Of a DNA stretch of 54,349 nt, positions 35,298 to 45,492 are shown piece after piece. Origin of the DNA: an uncultured virus (IMG/VR IMGVR_UViG_3300025103_000005) (taxonomy: Duplodnaviria; Heunggongvirae; Uroviricota; Caudoviricetes). The stretch lies in the IMG/VR virus record IMGVR_UViG_3300025103_000005, one strand, 5' to 3'. Under the pieces are notes generated by a model. That model had not been told where the DNA came from and made no database searches. It worked only from the letters and a program-made list of their open reading frames with translations. A program made the position numbers and the translations under genes. Position 1 is the stretch's first letter. Each line of letters begins with the position of its first letter.

Positions 35298-37096
35298 TGG
35301 CAGAAGATGAAGAAACTGGAATACGTGGTTTTCTCAGGAGGGTTTCGGCTCCATTCAGAAGTCGAACTACACCTGAACCGCAGATGCCGCTCTATACTAC
35401 TGGTATACAGGAACCAGTCTTAGCGCAGGGTATTACACTACCCGCGCTATATGCGGTCACGCACGAGAATCTCATACTGCGAACAGTCATTTCTAAGTTA
35501 GCGCAGGAGATATTCAGACGAGGCTACTATTGGGAAAAGAAGTTTCAGCACAAGTGTATGGACTGTGGTGAGGAATATAAGAATGAAGTAGAACAATGTA
35601 ATCTATGTGGCGGGCAATTGAAGACGCCAGATGTAAATCAACTAATCTATCCTAAATGGCTTCTTGAGCAGCAAAATTCGATGGAACAGAACTTCATGCA
35701 CATAATGGCTGAGATTGAGAAAGACCTCAATATAGTGGATGATGCATTCTTGATTTGCGTTAAGGAATACTTCGTAGACCCTGAGACATCAGATATGAAG
35801 TTCTATCGAGTAAAGGAAATCATCAGAGGCGACCCGATATTCATGAGAATCATCTCAGATAAGCGCGGAGTTCGTGGTGGTAGATACAAGGTATGTCCTC
35901 TCCATCGTGACCAAGTTTCCTATCCCGGACAAGACGAGAAATGCCAAGTCTGTGGAAATAACATGCAGGAAGCCCACTATGCCAATATGGCAGGAAGTGG
36001 GAAGACACAGTATTATCTGGAAGGAGAGGTTCTCCATATCAGTAAATACAATCCATCCAAGTTGTATGGTAAGAGCCCAGTTAATACCATGTGGCGACAA
36101 GCCATGACTTTGACGGCAATGGATAATTACATGTATACAGCATATCAGAAGAGAAGGAGTCCGAAAGGAATCATATCTGTTACCACTGATAATCTTGAAT
36201 CAATGAAGTCATTTTGGAAGACTGTTGATGAGAAAATGGAGCGTGACCCACATTACATACCAAAAGTTGGCATAGAGAGTCAGACTGGAAGAGGTGGAGT
36301 GAATTGGGTTAAGTTCATGGACACTCTTGAGGAAATGCAGTATATTTCAGTTAGAGATGAGATGAGGAATCGTATAGCCGCTTTCTTTGGTGTAAGTAGC
36401 ATTTTCATGATTGACAGTGGTAAGAGTGGCGGTTTGAATAACGAGGGAATGCAGATTCTTGTAACTAATCGGGCTGTAGAGTTTGGTCAGAAAGTCTACA
36501 CTGACGTGCTTTTCCCTCGTATGCTCAAAGAAATGGACGTTACAGATTGGAAACTTACTCTCTATCCTAATGAGGAAGAGGATGAAATTACTCGTTTGCG
36601 ACGAGACGAGATGGAAGTGAACCTCGCTCAGAGGATGATGATGCTTGGCTACAAACCAGAACTTATGGAGGAAGGCGACAGAGACATACGCTTTACTTAT
36701 CGTCAAATGGACCCCCAGCAGGATGGCGCAGCGCCAATGCCGCCGGGAATGACACCACCGCAAGGAATGCCGCCCGGCACTGGAATGATGCCTAATGGAA
36801 TGATGCCGCCGGGAATGGCACAACGTGGAGGAATGCCACATGGAGGAATGCCACATGGAGGAATGTCACCCGGTATGCCACCCGGTATGCCACTCAATCA
36901 GATAATGCCGCCATCACAACCCGGAGGAGAGGGAATGGGAATAAGAACGCCAAGAGGACCAGCCTCGCCACAAAGTCGAACATCTTTCGGTATAGGCTCC
37001 CCTGTTTCATCAGTTCAACAGAGGGGACCACAGAACTCATTAGCGCAGGATAATAGTCGTGCTCTACTAAACGCAAGACGAATAAAGGGCGCGTAA
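35297..37096 (+). CDS. Portal protein
   Basis: Between TerL and head genes; YGKSPV, PKGII, IAAFFGV portal motifs; Zn-ribbon inserts; Pro/Met/Gly tail. Confidence 0.85.
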   Translation: MAEDEETGIRGFLRRVSAPFRSRTTPEPQMPLYTTGIQEPVLAQGITLPALYAVTHENLILRTVISKLAQEIFRRGYYWEKKFQHKCMDCGEEYKNEVEQCNLCGGQLKTPDVNQLIYPKWLLEQQNSMEQNFMHIMAEIEKDLNIVDDAFLICVKEYFVDPETSDMKFYRVKEIIRGDPIFMRIISDKRGVRGGRYKVCPLHRDQVSYPGQDEKCQVCGNNMQEAHYANMAGSGKTQYYLEGEVLHISKYNPSKLYGKSPVNTMWRQAMTLTAMDNYMYTAYQKRRSPKGIISVTTDNLESMKSFWKTVDEKMERDPHYIPKVGIESQTGRGGVNWVKFMDTLEEMQYISVRDEMRNRIAAFFGVSSIFMIDSGKSGGLNNEGMQILVTNRAVEFGQKVYTDVLFPRMLKEMDVTDWKLTLYPNEEEDEITRLRRDEMEVNLAQRMMMLGYKPELMEEGDRDIRFTYRQMDPQQDGAAPMPPGMTPPQGMPPGTGMMPNGMMPPGMAQRGGMPHGGMPHGGMSPGMPPGMPLNQIMPPSQPGGEGMGIRTPRGPASPQSRTSFGIGSPVSSVQQRGPQNSLAQDNSRALLNARRIKGA

Positions 37097-37127
37097 TTCA
37101 AATAGCATCGCGCATACGCAATAGGCA

Positions 37128-37478
37128 GTGAAGACCATGGACCTCATCAAAATGCACCCAATGGCGCGAAAAATGACAGCCCACAACGAAGAACTTGCGA
37201 AAGCAATAGAAGATGGTAATGCAGATGTCGCAAGACAGCACATTATGGAGATAATCAAGTATGCGAGCACTCTTGAAGACGACCTTCTTATGGCTGTGAA
37301 GAAAGGAGAGAACGAAGTAGTAGTGCCTGATAACTCATGGCAAGTCATGAAGTTCAATCAATCTGGTGCAAACTTCGACCCATCTATGAGGGGCGACCAA
37401 TTGCCCGGCACAATCATTCCAGCAAGAACAAAGCAGGCTATGAGGCCCGTACGCGGAACCTTTGGTCGAAGAGTCTGA
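37128..37478 (+). CDS. Hypothetical head-module protein
   Basis: ORF track; LAKA and VKKG motifs. Confidence 0.7.
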   Translation: MKTMDLIKMHPMARKMTAHNEELAKAIEDGNADVARQHIMEIIKYASTLEDDLLMAVKKGENEVVVPDNSWQVMKFNQSGANFDPSMRGDQLPGTIIPARTKQAMRPVRGTFGRRV

Positions 37479-37487
37479 GGCGATATA

Positions 37488-37835
37488 ATGGAAGAAGGGG
37501 ACGCAGGAAAACTCATGAATACTCTCATCTCTAAGATGGAGAGTATGGATAATGAGGTTCAGACGCTAAAGGCGGAGAATCTTATTCTCAAGAGAATGAT
37601 GGATAATCCTAAAGTTCTCTTACGTAAAGCAGGTTTTGTTCCTTTCAACACTCCTCTATCGGAAGACGTTGAGGTTGACGCTTTCAGAGCAGACGTGCAG
37701 ACTGGCGGACTTCTCAAGGCAGAGGTAGACTCCTCTGACCCAGATAAGTTTAGCAATACTGAGATTCACGAAATGAGTTGGGATGAGATACACGATATGG
37801 CAGACCAACATAGAGAAGTAAAGGAGATGTATTGA
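37488..37835 (+). CDS. Mini-scaffold-like protein
   Basis: Coiled-coil N-terminus; C-terminal MSWDEIHDMA matches MSWDEVHQLA of the protease/scaffold. Confidence 0.6.
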   Translation: MEEGDAGKLMNTLISKMESMDNEVQTLKAENLILKRMMDNPKVLLRKAGFVPFNTPLSEDVEVDAFRADVQTGGLLKAEVDSSDPDKFSNTEIHEMSWDEIHDMADQHREVKEMY

Positions 37836-38158
37836 TGGTAAAACCAAGATATGAAGAAACCTCGTCTGAGGTCCAAGAATTATTGATGAAAGCAATTGCA
37901 CTTGAAAAGCGTATAGATGAGGCAGAGATACAGAAATCATCTCATCATCCAGAAACTACTTTTGATACGAGGCCGGGTGGCGTTCAATTCATGGCAGAAA
38001 GTGGAGGGCAAACTTACAATGTCTTCTATAACACAAACCAATCACTTCTTGATTCCGATGATGTCGCTAACAAGGGTGCGTCCAGTGAGAGCGTAAATCT
38101 TGATAATACTCCAATGAAGAATACCCACGACACCGTAAACAGGCTTGTCGAGGGATGA
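37832..38158 (+). CDS. Hypothetical head-module protein
   Basis: ORF track; LMKA and IQKS motifs. Confidence 0.7.
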   Translation: MMVKPRYEETSSEVQELLMKAIALEKRIDEAEIQKSSHHPETTFDTRPGGVQFMAESGGQTYNVFYNTNQSLLDSDDVANKGASSESVNLDNTPMKNTHDTVNRLVEG

Positions 38159-38289
38159 GCGTGACCAAAGTCGCCGTAATCAAAGGCGTCATAGACTCTA
38201 TGTCGTGTAGAACATGTGGTGCTACTCCCAGCGAGGGGTGTAGGCGAAAACAAGGATTACCCATAGAACAATGTCCGATGAATGGGTGA
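38155..38289 (+). CDS. Cys-rich microprotein (44 aa), not in ORF track
   Basis: MSVTKVAVIKGVIDSMSCRTCGATPSEGCRRKQGLPIEQCPMNG; ATGA overlap with 37832..38158. Confidence 0.6.
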   Translation: MSVTKVAVIKGVIDSMSCRTCGATPSEGCRRKQGLPIEQCPMNG

Positions 38290-38311
38290 TAAGGTGATAA
38301 GGTGATGATGG

Positions 38312-41300
38312 ATGAAAGAAGGCCCAATAGATGTCTATCTGCGTCATCGTTCTGAATTACTGAAGGCCATATACGACGGCACCGACCCAGAGCAAGAGGT
38401 TGGAGATTATCTCATCTCTACGATAAATCTGGAGAATCACGAAATAGAGTTTCATCCTACATCAGAAGACGAACTCTGTCGGGGATTTAGTTCCGATTTT
38501 CTAAAAGCAGAAGAGGGCGGACGGAGTCAACCATTCGCATCATGGAGACCTGCTTTTCATATGGAAATGGGGACACGCCATCCTTGGCGTGGACGAGTCA
38601 AGATGGCCTATGATGAGAGCGATAACGATAGATTCAATTTTCCCTTATTCACTGAGAAGAGGAAAGGGGAAACGCATTCACAGTTTATGGAGAGAAATAA
38701 GATACCTATCAGTATGAAGCATGGCCTTTGGCCGGAAGTTCTACCATCGAGAACGAGACCTGTAAGGGAGAAAATTGTAGGTAAGGATGGGATAGAGCGT
38801 CTGGTCGAGACGGGAGTCGAAACCGAACCAATAGAGAATTATACTGACGTCAGTCCTTTTGATAAAAAAGTGCATCCATTAAGGAGGATTCGTGCTGATA
38901 CTGGTAAACCAGAATGGGAACAGATGCTTAGAGAGTTCTATCTGGGTAAGAATAAATGGGCTGAGAAGGTAGCAGATGCGGAAAAGAAGCATAGAGCGCA
39001 TTGGAAGAAAGATGCAATTGGAGACGGCTCTGAGGAATATGATACGCAGACTATCTATGATTCTATACCCGATGGAAAGTTCTCTTTCTTAGGTGGAGAT
39101 GATGGGCACAAAAGTGAAGTCACTAACCATCTTCATGGATTGCGATTGAGAGACTTCGAGAGATGGAAGAATGGAACTGGCGATTGGGGAGGTTTCAATG
39201 AAGAAGATGGTGAGAAGCACAAAGATAGAGTCAAGGCGCTGGACAAAGAAGGCAAGGACTTGGAAGAGGAGCATTTCAATGATAGGATGGAGAAATTACT
39301 CAGTAACGATGTTACTCCTATTACTTACAAACCAGAAGACCCATACGGAGAATGGGATAAGAAGGGAATAGAATCATTAGCAGATATGACCAAAGTCCAT
39401 GCTCATGGAATGGGGCATTCGACTTTGATGAGAGGATTGGAGTTCCTTTCTCCAGAAGATAGGACTATTGTGATGGAGCATATAGCGACACATGGCACAG
39501 ATGACCCAGACCTAAGACATCAATATATTGAACTTGATGATGGGCATCGTCTTTTTATGGCTCGTATAAAGCAGACAAAGAAGCAGAGGCAAGAAGGAGA
39601 GTTGCATTGGTTTCAACGTGCCAGAATGCATTCGGGCGCTAATGTTCCAGAGCATAAGGAAAAGCCACACGATTCATTCATACATGGAGACGAAGGCATG
39701 ATTGCTGGCACTTTGGCTAATACGCTCGTCAAAGACGACGGCATCCATGAGGGCGAGCCGCACCAGTATGCGAGGCACGCATCTGGGGAGATAGATATGG
39801 ATAAGGAGCCGAAGAAGATGTATGATAAGACCGCATTAGAGCATGTGATGGAAAAACTCGAAGAGGCCTATGAGGGAGATGGCCTCTTAGAGTATGGTGA
39901 GGATAGGGTAGATGCGGGTGGCTTACCTATCGGTAAGGCCAAGAATCTTCCGAAGTTTAGCGAGAGAGATATAGAAGATATTCAAAGTGCTCTATCAGAA
40001 GGGAAGGATGCAAAGGAGGCATTGAGCGAAAAACTCACAAATAATAGTCACATTGCTTTGGGAACAGAAGGATTTCTGGATTTAATGGGTTGGAATCGTG
40101 ATTTAACTGAGAGGCACAAGAGTCACCCTCTCTTCAGTGGGAGAGGGAGTAAGGCTCTGATTAACAAGTCTATCATGAGAGGCATTCTCAAAAATCTAAA
40201 GCGCGTATCTGGTCTTTCTCTTAGTGCAAAACAGATAAGGTCAGCAATGGGAGCGCATATCGTTAATCATGGACCGAAGCCTGAAGACATTTCTGATGAG
40301 GAGCGAGAACATTACTTAGATGTTGAAGGAAGGCTCAAGGGATTAGGATTCCCACAAGGCGGGCGCATATTTGCACATAGAGGAGGGCTTGGAAGAGAAC
40401 TTTCAACTTATGTGGAGATGATGCATGATTTTCATGCTGACGATATTGATTGGGATAAGGGAGAGGGAATATCGTCAGAGTTAGGGGACAGAGAACAAGA
40501 GGGGTCTGGAAAAATCATTCCTAATAGCAATACGTTGGGACTCTGGGCACGTGCCCATCCTCATTTCCTTCCTTATGGACAAAACTACCACGACACTGCG
40601 CATGGTATTATGGCTACGACTGATACAAATACTCACGCATTACACAGAATAGGAACTGCAAGACACCCCGGAAGAAATATCAAGACGAACAGTTCACAAT
40701 ATCTTTCGACTCGCAGTCCTTACTTTATGGCCCGATTTATGCGTGAAAACCCGTCTCCACAGAACTTTGTAATGGAAACGAAGAATCTAACTACGAGAAG
40801 TATCATGGCTCATCATTTCAATTCTCATAATTTCGCTACTATGACCAATACAGCAAAAGAATGGAAGGAACCTCCTTCAAAATACAAGAAAGATACGGAT
40901 GGTGAACTCGTGCTTGACAAAGATGGCGAGCCGATATTATCAAACCGTAAGGGATGGACCGATGAAGAGTTAGCACGAAGAGTGCAGCCGGGAGATTATG
41001 GAATAAGAAGAGTAGCAGCATTAGCACGTCTACAAGCCCACGCCAATGGCAGGCGTAACGCCTTTGGCAATCCCGGTGAAAGAATGCATATTACCTTGAA
41101 AGATTTAGAGGATAACCCAAGTTTTCGAGCATCTCCCGATATGGACTCAATGGATTACTTAGCGGAGATGCCTCACTTCAAAGGCTCAAATATCCAAGAT
41201 AGGCTCGACGCTGGTTTATTGGATGAGTTGGAAGACTTCAATGTCATACTTGATGAGATGAAGTCGAGGAACCCTCCAGAAGAATTGCCTGCAGACCATC

Positions 41301-44044
41301 CAATAATGAGACGATACGAGAATCTCATGGCGAAGTTCAACAAGGTATACGGGGATGAGATAATACGAACCAGTAGGGGTGCATACGGTGGGAGGCAAAA
41401 GCAAACATCATACGGTTGGCGTGATAAGGACGAGGATGTTATGCGAGGCGACAAAAAGGCTGTTACTAATTATGCTCGTGATGTCTTAATTCCAGAAGTT
41501 CTCAAAGCCCATCCTTCTGCATATCATCCGTCTAATCCTAAAGCGCTTGCTAATGTCGCCGCCACACTACAAGGCGCTATGAGGAGTATTTACAAGAAAG
41601 GGGGAGGAGGTCTTACTACTTCTGCTGCTTGGATTAGGCCTGCTGGCTCAAAAGCCGCATTATATGCTCCAGAATACAAGAAAGATGCGGATGGTGAACT
41701 CATACTTGACAAAGATGGTGAGCCGATATTAACAAAGAGGATTTCATCTGATGAGCAATATAGATTGGCTTCTTTGATGCAGCAAGGTGAAGTCGGAAGC
41801 AAGATAATTGGGGATGAGTCAATACATATGATTCTGAAGAAACTCGGTTTGCCAGACGATACTCCCCATCGCAAACATGTAAAGCACATGATGAAGACAC
41901 ACGGTGGTGATTTTACTGCTGCTACTCTCGGCCAATTAGCAACAGCAGGTATAGATTGGCAGTCGAATTATGAGAAGGATGAGAGGGGAAAGTATGTTCT
42001 CGATAAGGATGGGAGGAAAATCCCAGCAGCATCTCCATTTAAGAGTTTGAAAGGGGAAGATATCCATACATTTTTAGACGATAAAATGAAAGAACTTCAG
42101 GAGAGTTATCCAACTTCGGCAGCAACTGGACGTGAGAGCACAGAATACCAAGTAACACAACGCGCCTTACGAAGTGCATGGGACAAAACCCATAAGGGCC
42201 ATATTGCATTGAGAGGAATTAGAAATGTTGTGAATCTTCAACCTGACTTATTGAAGGGCTATGGATTAACCTTCCAATCTTCTCCTAACTACAGTAGGAA
42301 GAATCCAATGATTGCTCAACAGAAAGTTTCAGGCGAGCCTTTGGGGGATAGGGAATTGTTGTTCTCCCACAGAGATAAGACTGGCGATAGGAGAGATTTA
42401 ACTGATATGAAGAATATAGCAAACAGCATTCTCGTATTCGATGAAGGGGCATTGCAGGGAGAAACACTTCAAGCCAAGTTCGACCCTTTCGAGGGAAAGA
42501 AAGCGGTAGGATGGTATGACGATGTTCCAATCGAATCACATGATAGCGGAGAAGGGGCTATTCCTCATGACCACTACATCAGTGGAGGTATGGATGATGG
42601 TTATCTCGTCACACCAGAAATAGGAATTGAACACGATGAAGACGACAACATCGTCGTAGGCACTAATGCTACTGAGGGCTATTATCACACCGTACCATTC
42701 CAAACGTTACAGATGATGTTTCCACACTATAACAATGAGCATATACAAACTTTGATTGATAGCCACCCAGTTGAAGAAACGACCTTATCTAATCAACAAA
42801 CTCCATCCAGTGATACGGGATATCCACCATCAGCGGATTTTCCATCTGTTAGATACAGTGAACCAATGCATATTTCCAATCTGTTGTTGAAGGACAAAGC
42901 AGAGTTACCGAAGCAAGTTCCGCTCATTGACCCCCTTCATAGGATATTCGACATTGAAGATTTGAAGCAATTGAGAGGATTCACTGGTGAATGGGTCGTC
43001 TCAATTCACAAGGATGGAAAAAGATGCAAAGTGCAATGCAAGAAGAATCGTGTGACCGTATTCGACGATAGTGGCAATAAACAATCAATGAGTGAGAAAA
43101 TGAGGAATGCTTTCAAACAAATCGGAAAGAAGGATTACGTAATAGATGGCGTAATGCAAGACGGAGAGTTCCACGTTAATGATATTCTACTCTATGATGA
43201 CGATGTCGTATACGACCTCTCTACGCGTGAGCGCATTAAAGTGTTAAGGGGACAGTTCGATAGTTACGACCCTGTTTACATACCCAGCCCGTCTGATATT
43301 AGAATTACAGATGAAGTTGGTTTGGAGAATGCAGTGAAGGAGTTGAGTAAGGAGTCTGACAAGATACTCTTGAGAGATGCAAAGTCCACATACATGAAGG
43401 GAGAAGAAAAGCACCCTAAGTGGGTTCTATTGGCAAAATCGGACATAGAGTTCCACATACCTTTCTCTATGGAGATTGATGATAGTCACTTCATTATACA
43501 TCTTCCAGAGGACTTAGTGAAATACGAGATAGTAGATGGGGAGGCAATCGAGCCAATAGCAGCAATAGGTAGTCTTACTGATTCAGATTACTCTCTACGC
43601 CTCGCTAAGAGTCTTGAGCCTTATTGGAAAATAGCATTAAGTGAGATGTTAAAGGAAGAAACCGAGATAGAGCCTGAGATAGATGAGGAGAGGATAGAGG
43701 AAGAGAGTGCTGGCATACTCAAACCAAAGAAAGATAAGAATCTGATAATGAAGCCAAACGATGTTTACAAGACGCTCGTTCTCATAGAACGCGCAATAGA
43801 TGCAATGGAGAAGGGATTCAGCAATTTGGCTGGAAGAGGTTTTGGATATGATGTGGGCGATGGAACCGAGAGTCCACGCGGCCCTACGAAGTTGGATAGT
43901 GAGGAGTCTTTACCGGATTGGGACATGAGGAAACGGCCTACAGAGGATATGGAGAAGCCAGAGGACTATCCCGGTAGACGAAGGAAAGCGAAGAAAAATG
44001 CCGAGCAGTCCAACGAATTGGGAGAAAGAAGCCTTGAGGGATAG
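38312..44044 (+). CDS. Giant (1910 aa) head-module protein with C-terminal ATP-dependent ligase-like nucleotidyltransferase domain
   Basis: HKDGKR (KxDG), VIDGVM, FHVNDIL, ERIKVL, LLRDAKSTY..G...KWV; EPMHISNLLLK precedes the domain. Confidence 0.75.
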   Translation: MKEGPIDVYLRHRSELLKAIYDGTDPEQEVGDYLISTINLENHEIEFHPTSEDELCRGFSSDFLKAEEGGRSQPFASWRPAFHMEMGTRHPWRGRVKMAYDESDNDRFNFPLFTEKRKGETHSQFMERNKIPISMKHGLWPEVLPSRTRPVREKIVGKDGIERLVETGVETEPIENYTDVSPFDKKVHPLRRIRADTGKPEWEQMLREFYLGKNKWAEKVADAEKKHRAHWKKDAIGDGSEEYDTQTIYDSIPDGKFSFLGGDDGHKSEVTNHLHGLRLRDFERWKNGTGDWGGFNEEDGEKHKDRVKALDKEGKDLEEEHFNDRMEKLLSNDVTPITYKPEDPYGEWDKKGIESLADMTKVHAHGMGHSTLMRGLEFLSPEDRTIVMEHIATHGTDDPDLRHQYIELDDGHRLFMARIKQTKKQRQEGELHWFQRARMHSGANVPEHKEKPHDSFIHGDEGMIAGTLANTLVKDDGIHEGEPHQYARHASGEIDMDKEPKKMYDKTALEHVMEKLEEAYEGDGLLEYGEDRVDAGGLPIGKAKNLPKFSERDIEDIQSALSEGKDAKEALSEKLTNNSHIALGTEGFLDLMGWNRDLTERHKSHPLFSGRGSKALINKSIMRGILKNLKRVSGLSLSAKQIRSAMGAHIVNHGPKPEDISDEEREHYLDVEGRLKGLGFPQGGRIFAHRGGLGRELSTYVEMMHDFHADDIDWDKGEGISSELGDREQEGSGKIIPNSNTLGLWARAHPHFLPYGQNYHDTAHGIMATTDTNTHALHRIGTARHPGRNIKTNSSQYLSTRSPYFMARFMRENPSPQNFVMETKNLTTRSIMAHHFNSHNFATMTNTAKEWKEPPSKYKKDTDGELVLDKDGEPILSNRKGWTDEELARRVQPGDYGIRRVAALARLQAHANGRRNAFGNPGERMHITLKDLEDNPSFRASPDMDSMDYLAEMPHFKGSNIQDRLDAGLLDELEDFNVILDEMKSRNPPEELPADHPIMRRYENLMAKFNKVYGDEIIRTSRGAYGGRQKQTSYGWRDKDEDVMRGDKKAVTNYARDVLIPEVLKAHPSAYHPSNPKALANVAATLQGAMRSIYKKGGGGLTTSAAWIRPAGSKAALYAPEYKKDADGELILDKDGEPILTKRISSDEQYRLASLMQQGEVGSKIIGDESIHMILKKLGLPDDTPHRKHVKHMMKTHGGDFTAATLGQLATAGIDWQSNYEKDERGKYVLDKDGRKIPAASPFKSLKGEDIHTFLDDKMKELQESYPTSAATGRESTEYQVTQRALRSAWDKTHKGHIALRGIRNVVNLQPDLLKGYGLTFQSSPNYSRKNPMIAQQKVSGEPLGDRELLFSHRDKTGDRRDLTDMKNIANSILVFDEGALQGETLQAKFDPFEGKKAVGWYDDVPIESHDSGEGAIPHDHYISGGMDDGYLVTPEIGIEHDEDDNIVVGTNATEGYYHTVPFQTLQMMFPHYNNEHIQTLIDSHPVEETTLSNQQTPSSDTGYPPSADFPSVRYSEPMHISNLLLKDKAELPKQVPLIDPLHRIFDIEDLKQLRGFTGEWVVSIHKDGKRCKVQCKKNRVTVFDDSGNKQSMSEKMRNAFKQIGKKDYVIDGVMQDGEFHVNDILLYDDDVVYDLSTRERIKVLRGQFDSYDPVYIPSPSDIRITDEVGLENAVKELSKESDKILLRDAKSTYMKGEEKHPKWVLLAKSDIEFHIPFSMEIDDSHFIIHLPEDLVKYEIVDGEAIEPIAAIGSLTDSDYSLRLAKSLEPYWKIALSEMLKEETEIEPEIDEERIEEESAGILKPKKDKNLIMKPNDVYKTLVLIERAIDAMEKGFSNLAGRGFGYDVGDGTESPRGPTKLDSEESLPDWDMRKRPTEDMEKPEDYPGRRRKAKKNAEQSNELGERSLEG
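40881..42025 (+). repeat. Three dispersed copies of a YxKDxxGxxxLDKDGxxI peptide repeat
   Basis: 40881-40939 and 41673-41731 match at 55/59 nt; a diverged copy lies at 41969-42025. Confidence 0.85.
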
Positions 44045-44079
44045 TCCCGCAGCATTGAAGTAGTAAAGCAATACGTGAG

Positions 44080-45459
44080 ATGATTAGTGTGCTCGGTAGT
44101 AAACAACTGTTCAGACATGACGATGAGTCAATCGCCATCCTCAAGGGTGGTAACGACCTCATTGTCGCTGGCTACGCAAGCGTGGAAGTTGTAGACAAGC
44201 AAGGCGACGTAATAACAAAGGAGGCATTAAAGGACGCATTTCGTAAGTTCATGGAAAACCCATCTTACAGAAACGTTCAATTAGCGCACTCCAATATACA
44301 AGTAGGCGACGTAGTACCAAGTTACACAGATAATGAAGGGAGGTTGTGGAAAAGCGAAGTCGATGATGTCGGGATGTTTGTAGTAGTACAACTCCGTAAC
44401 GACATCGAGAAGGCCAAGGAAGTCTCAGCAGAGATTAGAAAAGGCGTTCTCAGAGGATTCAGTATCGGTGGTCAAGCGTTCAAAAGGGTTAGAAAATCAG
44501 ACCCAAAAAGAGGCGACTACCAAGAAATAAGCAAACTGGAACTTCATGAAATAACGATTTGTGAAAAAGGCATCAACCCCGAAGCAACATTCAGCATTCT
44601 AAAAGAAGATACGGAAGTGAACAATATGACAACAGAAAACGACGAAAACGATATGACAAAGCAACTGGGCGACGTTCTAACGCGCTTGGAATCACGTTTG
44701 GACGGTATGGAAAAGGGCGAGAAGCCTGCTTTCCTTGAAGACAAGAAGGACGATGACGACAAGAAGGACGACAAGAAGAAAGAGGCGGCGGAGATAACTG
44801 AGGAGCCAGTGGAGAAATCCAATGAGTTCTCAGATGTCATTACATCCGATTACTTGAATTGGATGGAAGACACTCTGAAGAGTGGCGGTGTGGACACAGG
44901 AGCCGCACGCGCACACTTTGATGGTCTGGAAAAGGCTAACCTCGGTTCCACTCCAGAAGAGATGGCCTCTAACGACCTCCAGCGAACTGGACAGGTTAAG
45001 GGACGCGTGCAGGAAGGTGGCAAGCCTTCAACTAACGCACTCGGTAAGACTACTGGTAGTGGCAAGGTTGCGAAGTCTGACTTCATCGACCCTCGTTCAC
45101 TAACGGACTCAGACATTGAGGCCGCTTACGAAGTTTACAAGGCTGCAGCCCTTGAGAACGAACTACGTGGAAGCCTCGAAGAGCAGTTCTCTACACGCTA
45201 CACGCACGAGAGGCAGTCCGAGATTGCCAAGGCAGAGGCAGCAGCATTCGATGCACGCAGCCCACTTGAGGCTATTCAGAAGTCCATCGAGGCACTTGGA
45301 GAGCGCATTGACGGACTTACTACATCAGCAGAAGCAGGAGAAGATTTCAAGAAGTCCGAGAGCGCCACTGGAATAGTGGTTCCTTCGACTGAGGATTTGG
45401 CACTAATGTCTTGGGACGAGGTTCATCAACTGGCCGATAAGACATTGAGCCCGGAGTGA
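44080..45459 (+). CDS. HK97-type prohead protease fused to scaffold
   Basis: IVAGYASVEVVDKQGD, catalytic His (LAH) and Ser (GFSIGG), EITI..GINPEA; acidic coiled-coil C-terminal half; directly upstream of MCP. Confidence 0.88.
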   Translation: MISVLGSKQLFRHDDESIAILKGGNDLIVAGYASVEVVDKQGDVITKEALKDAFRKFMENPSYRNVQLAHSNIQVGDVVPSYTDNEGRLWKSEVDDVGMFVVVQLRNDIEKAKEVSAEIRKGVLRGFSIGGQAFKRVRKSDPKRGDYQEISKLELHEITICEKGINPEATFSILKEDTEVNNMTTENDENDMTKQLGDVLTRLESRLDGMEKGEKPAFLEDKKDDDDKKDDKKKEAAEITEEPVEKSNEFSDVITSDYLNWMEDTLKSGGVDTGAARAHFDGLEKANLGSTPEEMASNDLQRTGQVKGRVQEGGKPSTNALGKTTGSGKVAKSDFIDPRSLTDSDIEAAYEVYKAAALENELRGSLEEQFSTRYTHERQSEIAKAEAAAFDARSPLEAIQKSIEALGERIDGLTTSAEAGEDFKKSESATGIVVPSTEDLALMSWDEVHQLADKTLSPE

Positions 45460-45492
45460 GAATCCACAATACAAAATAGGAGATGAAGAAAA

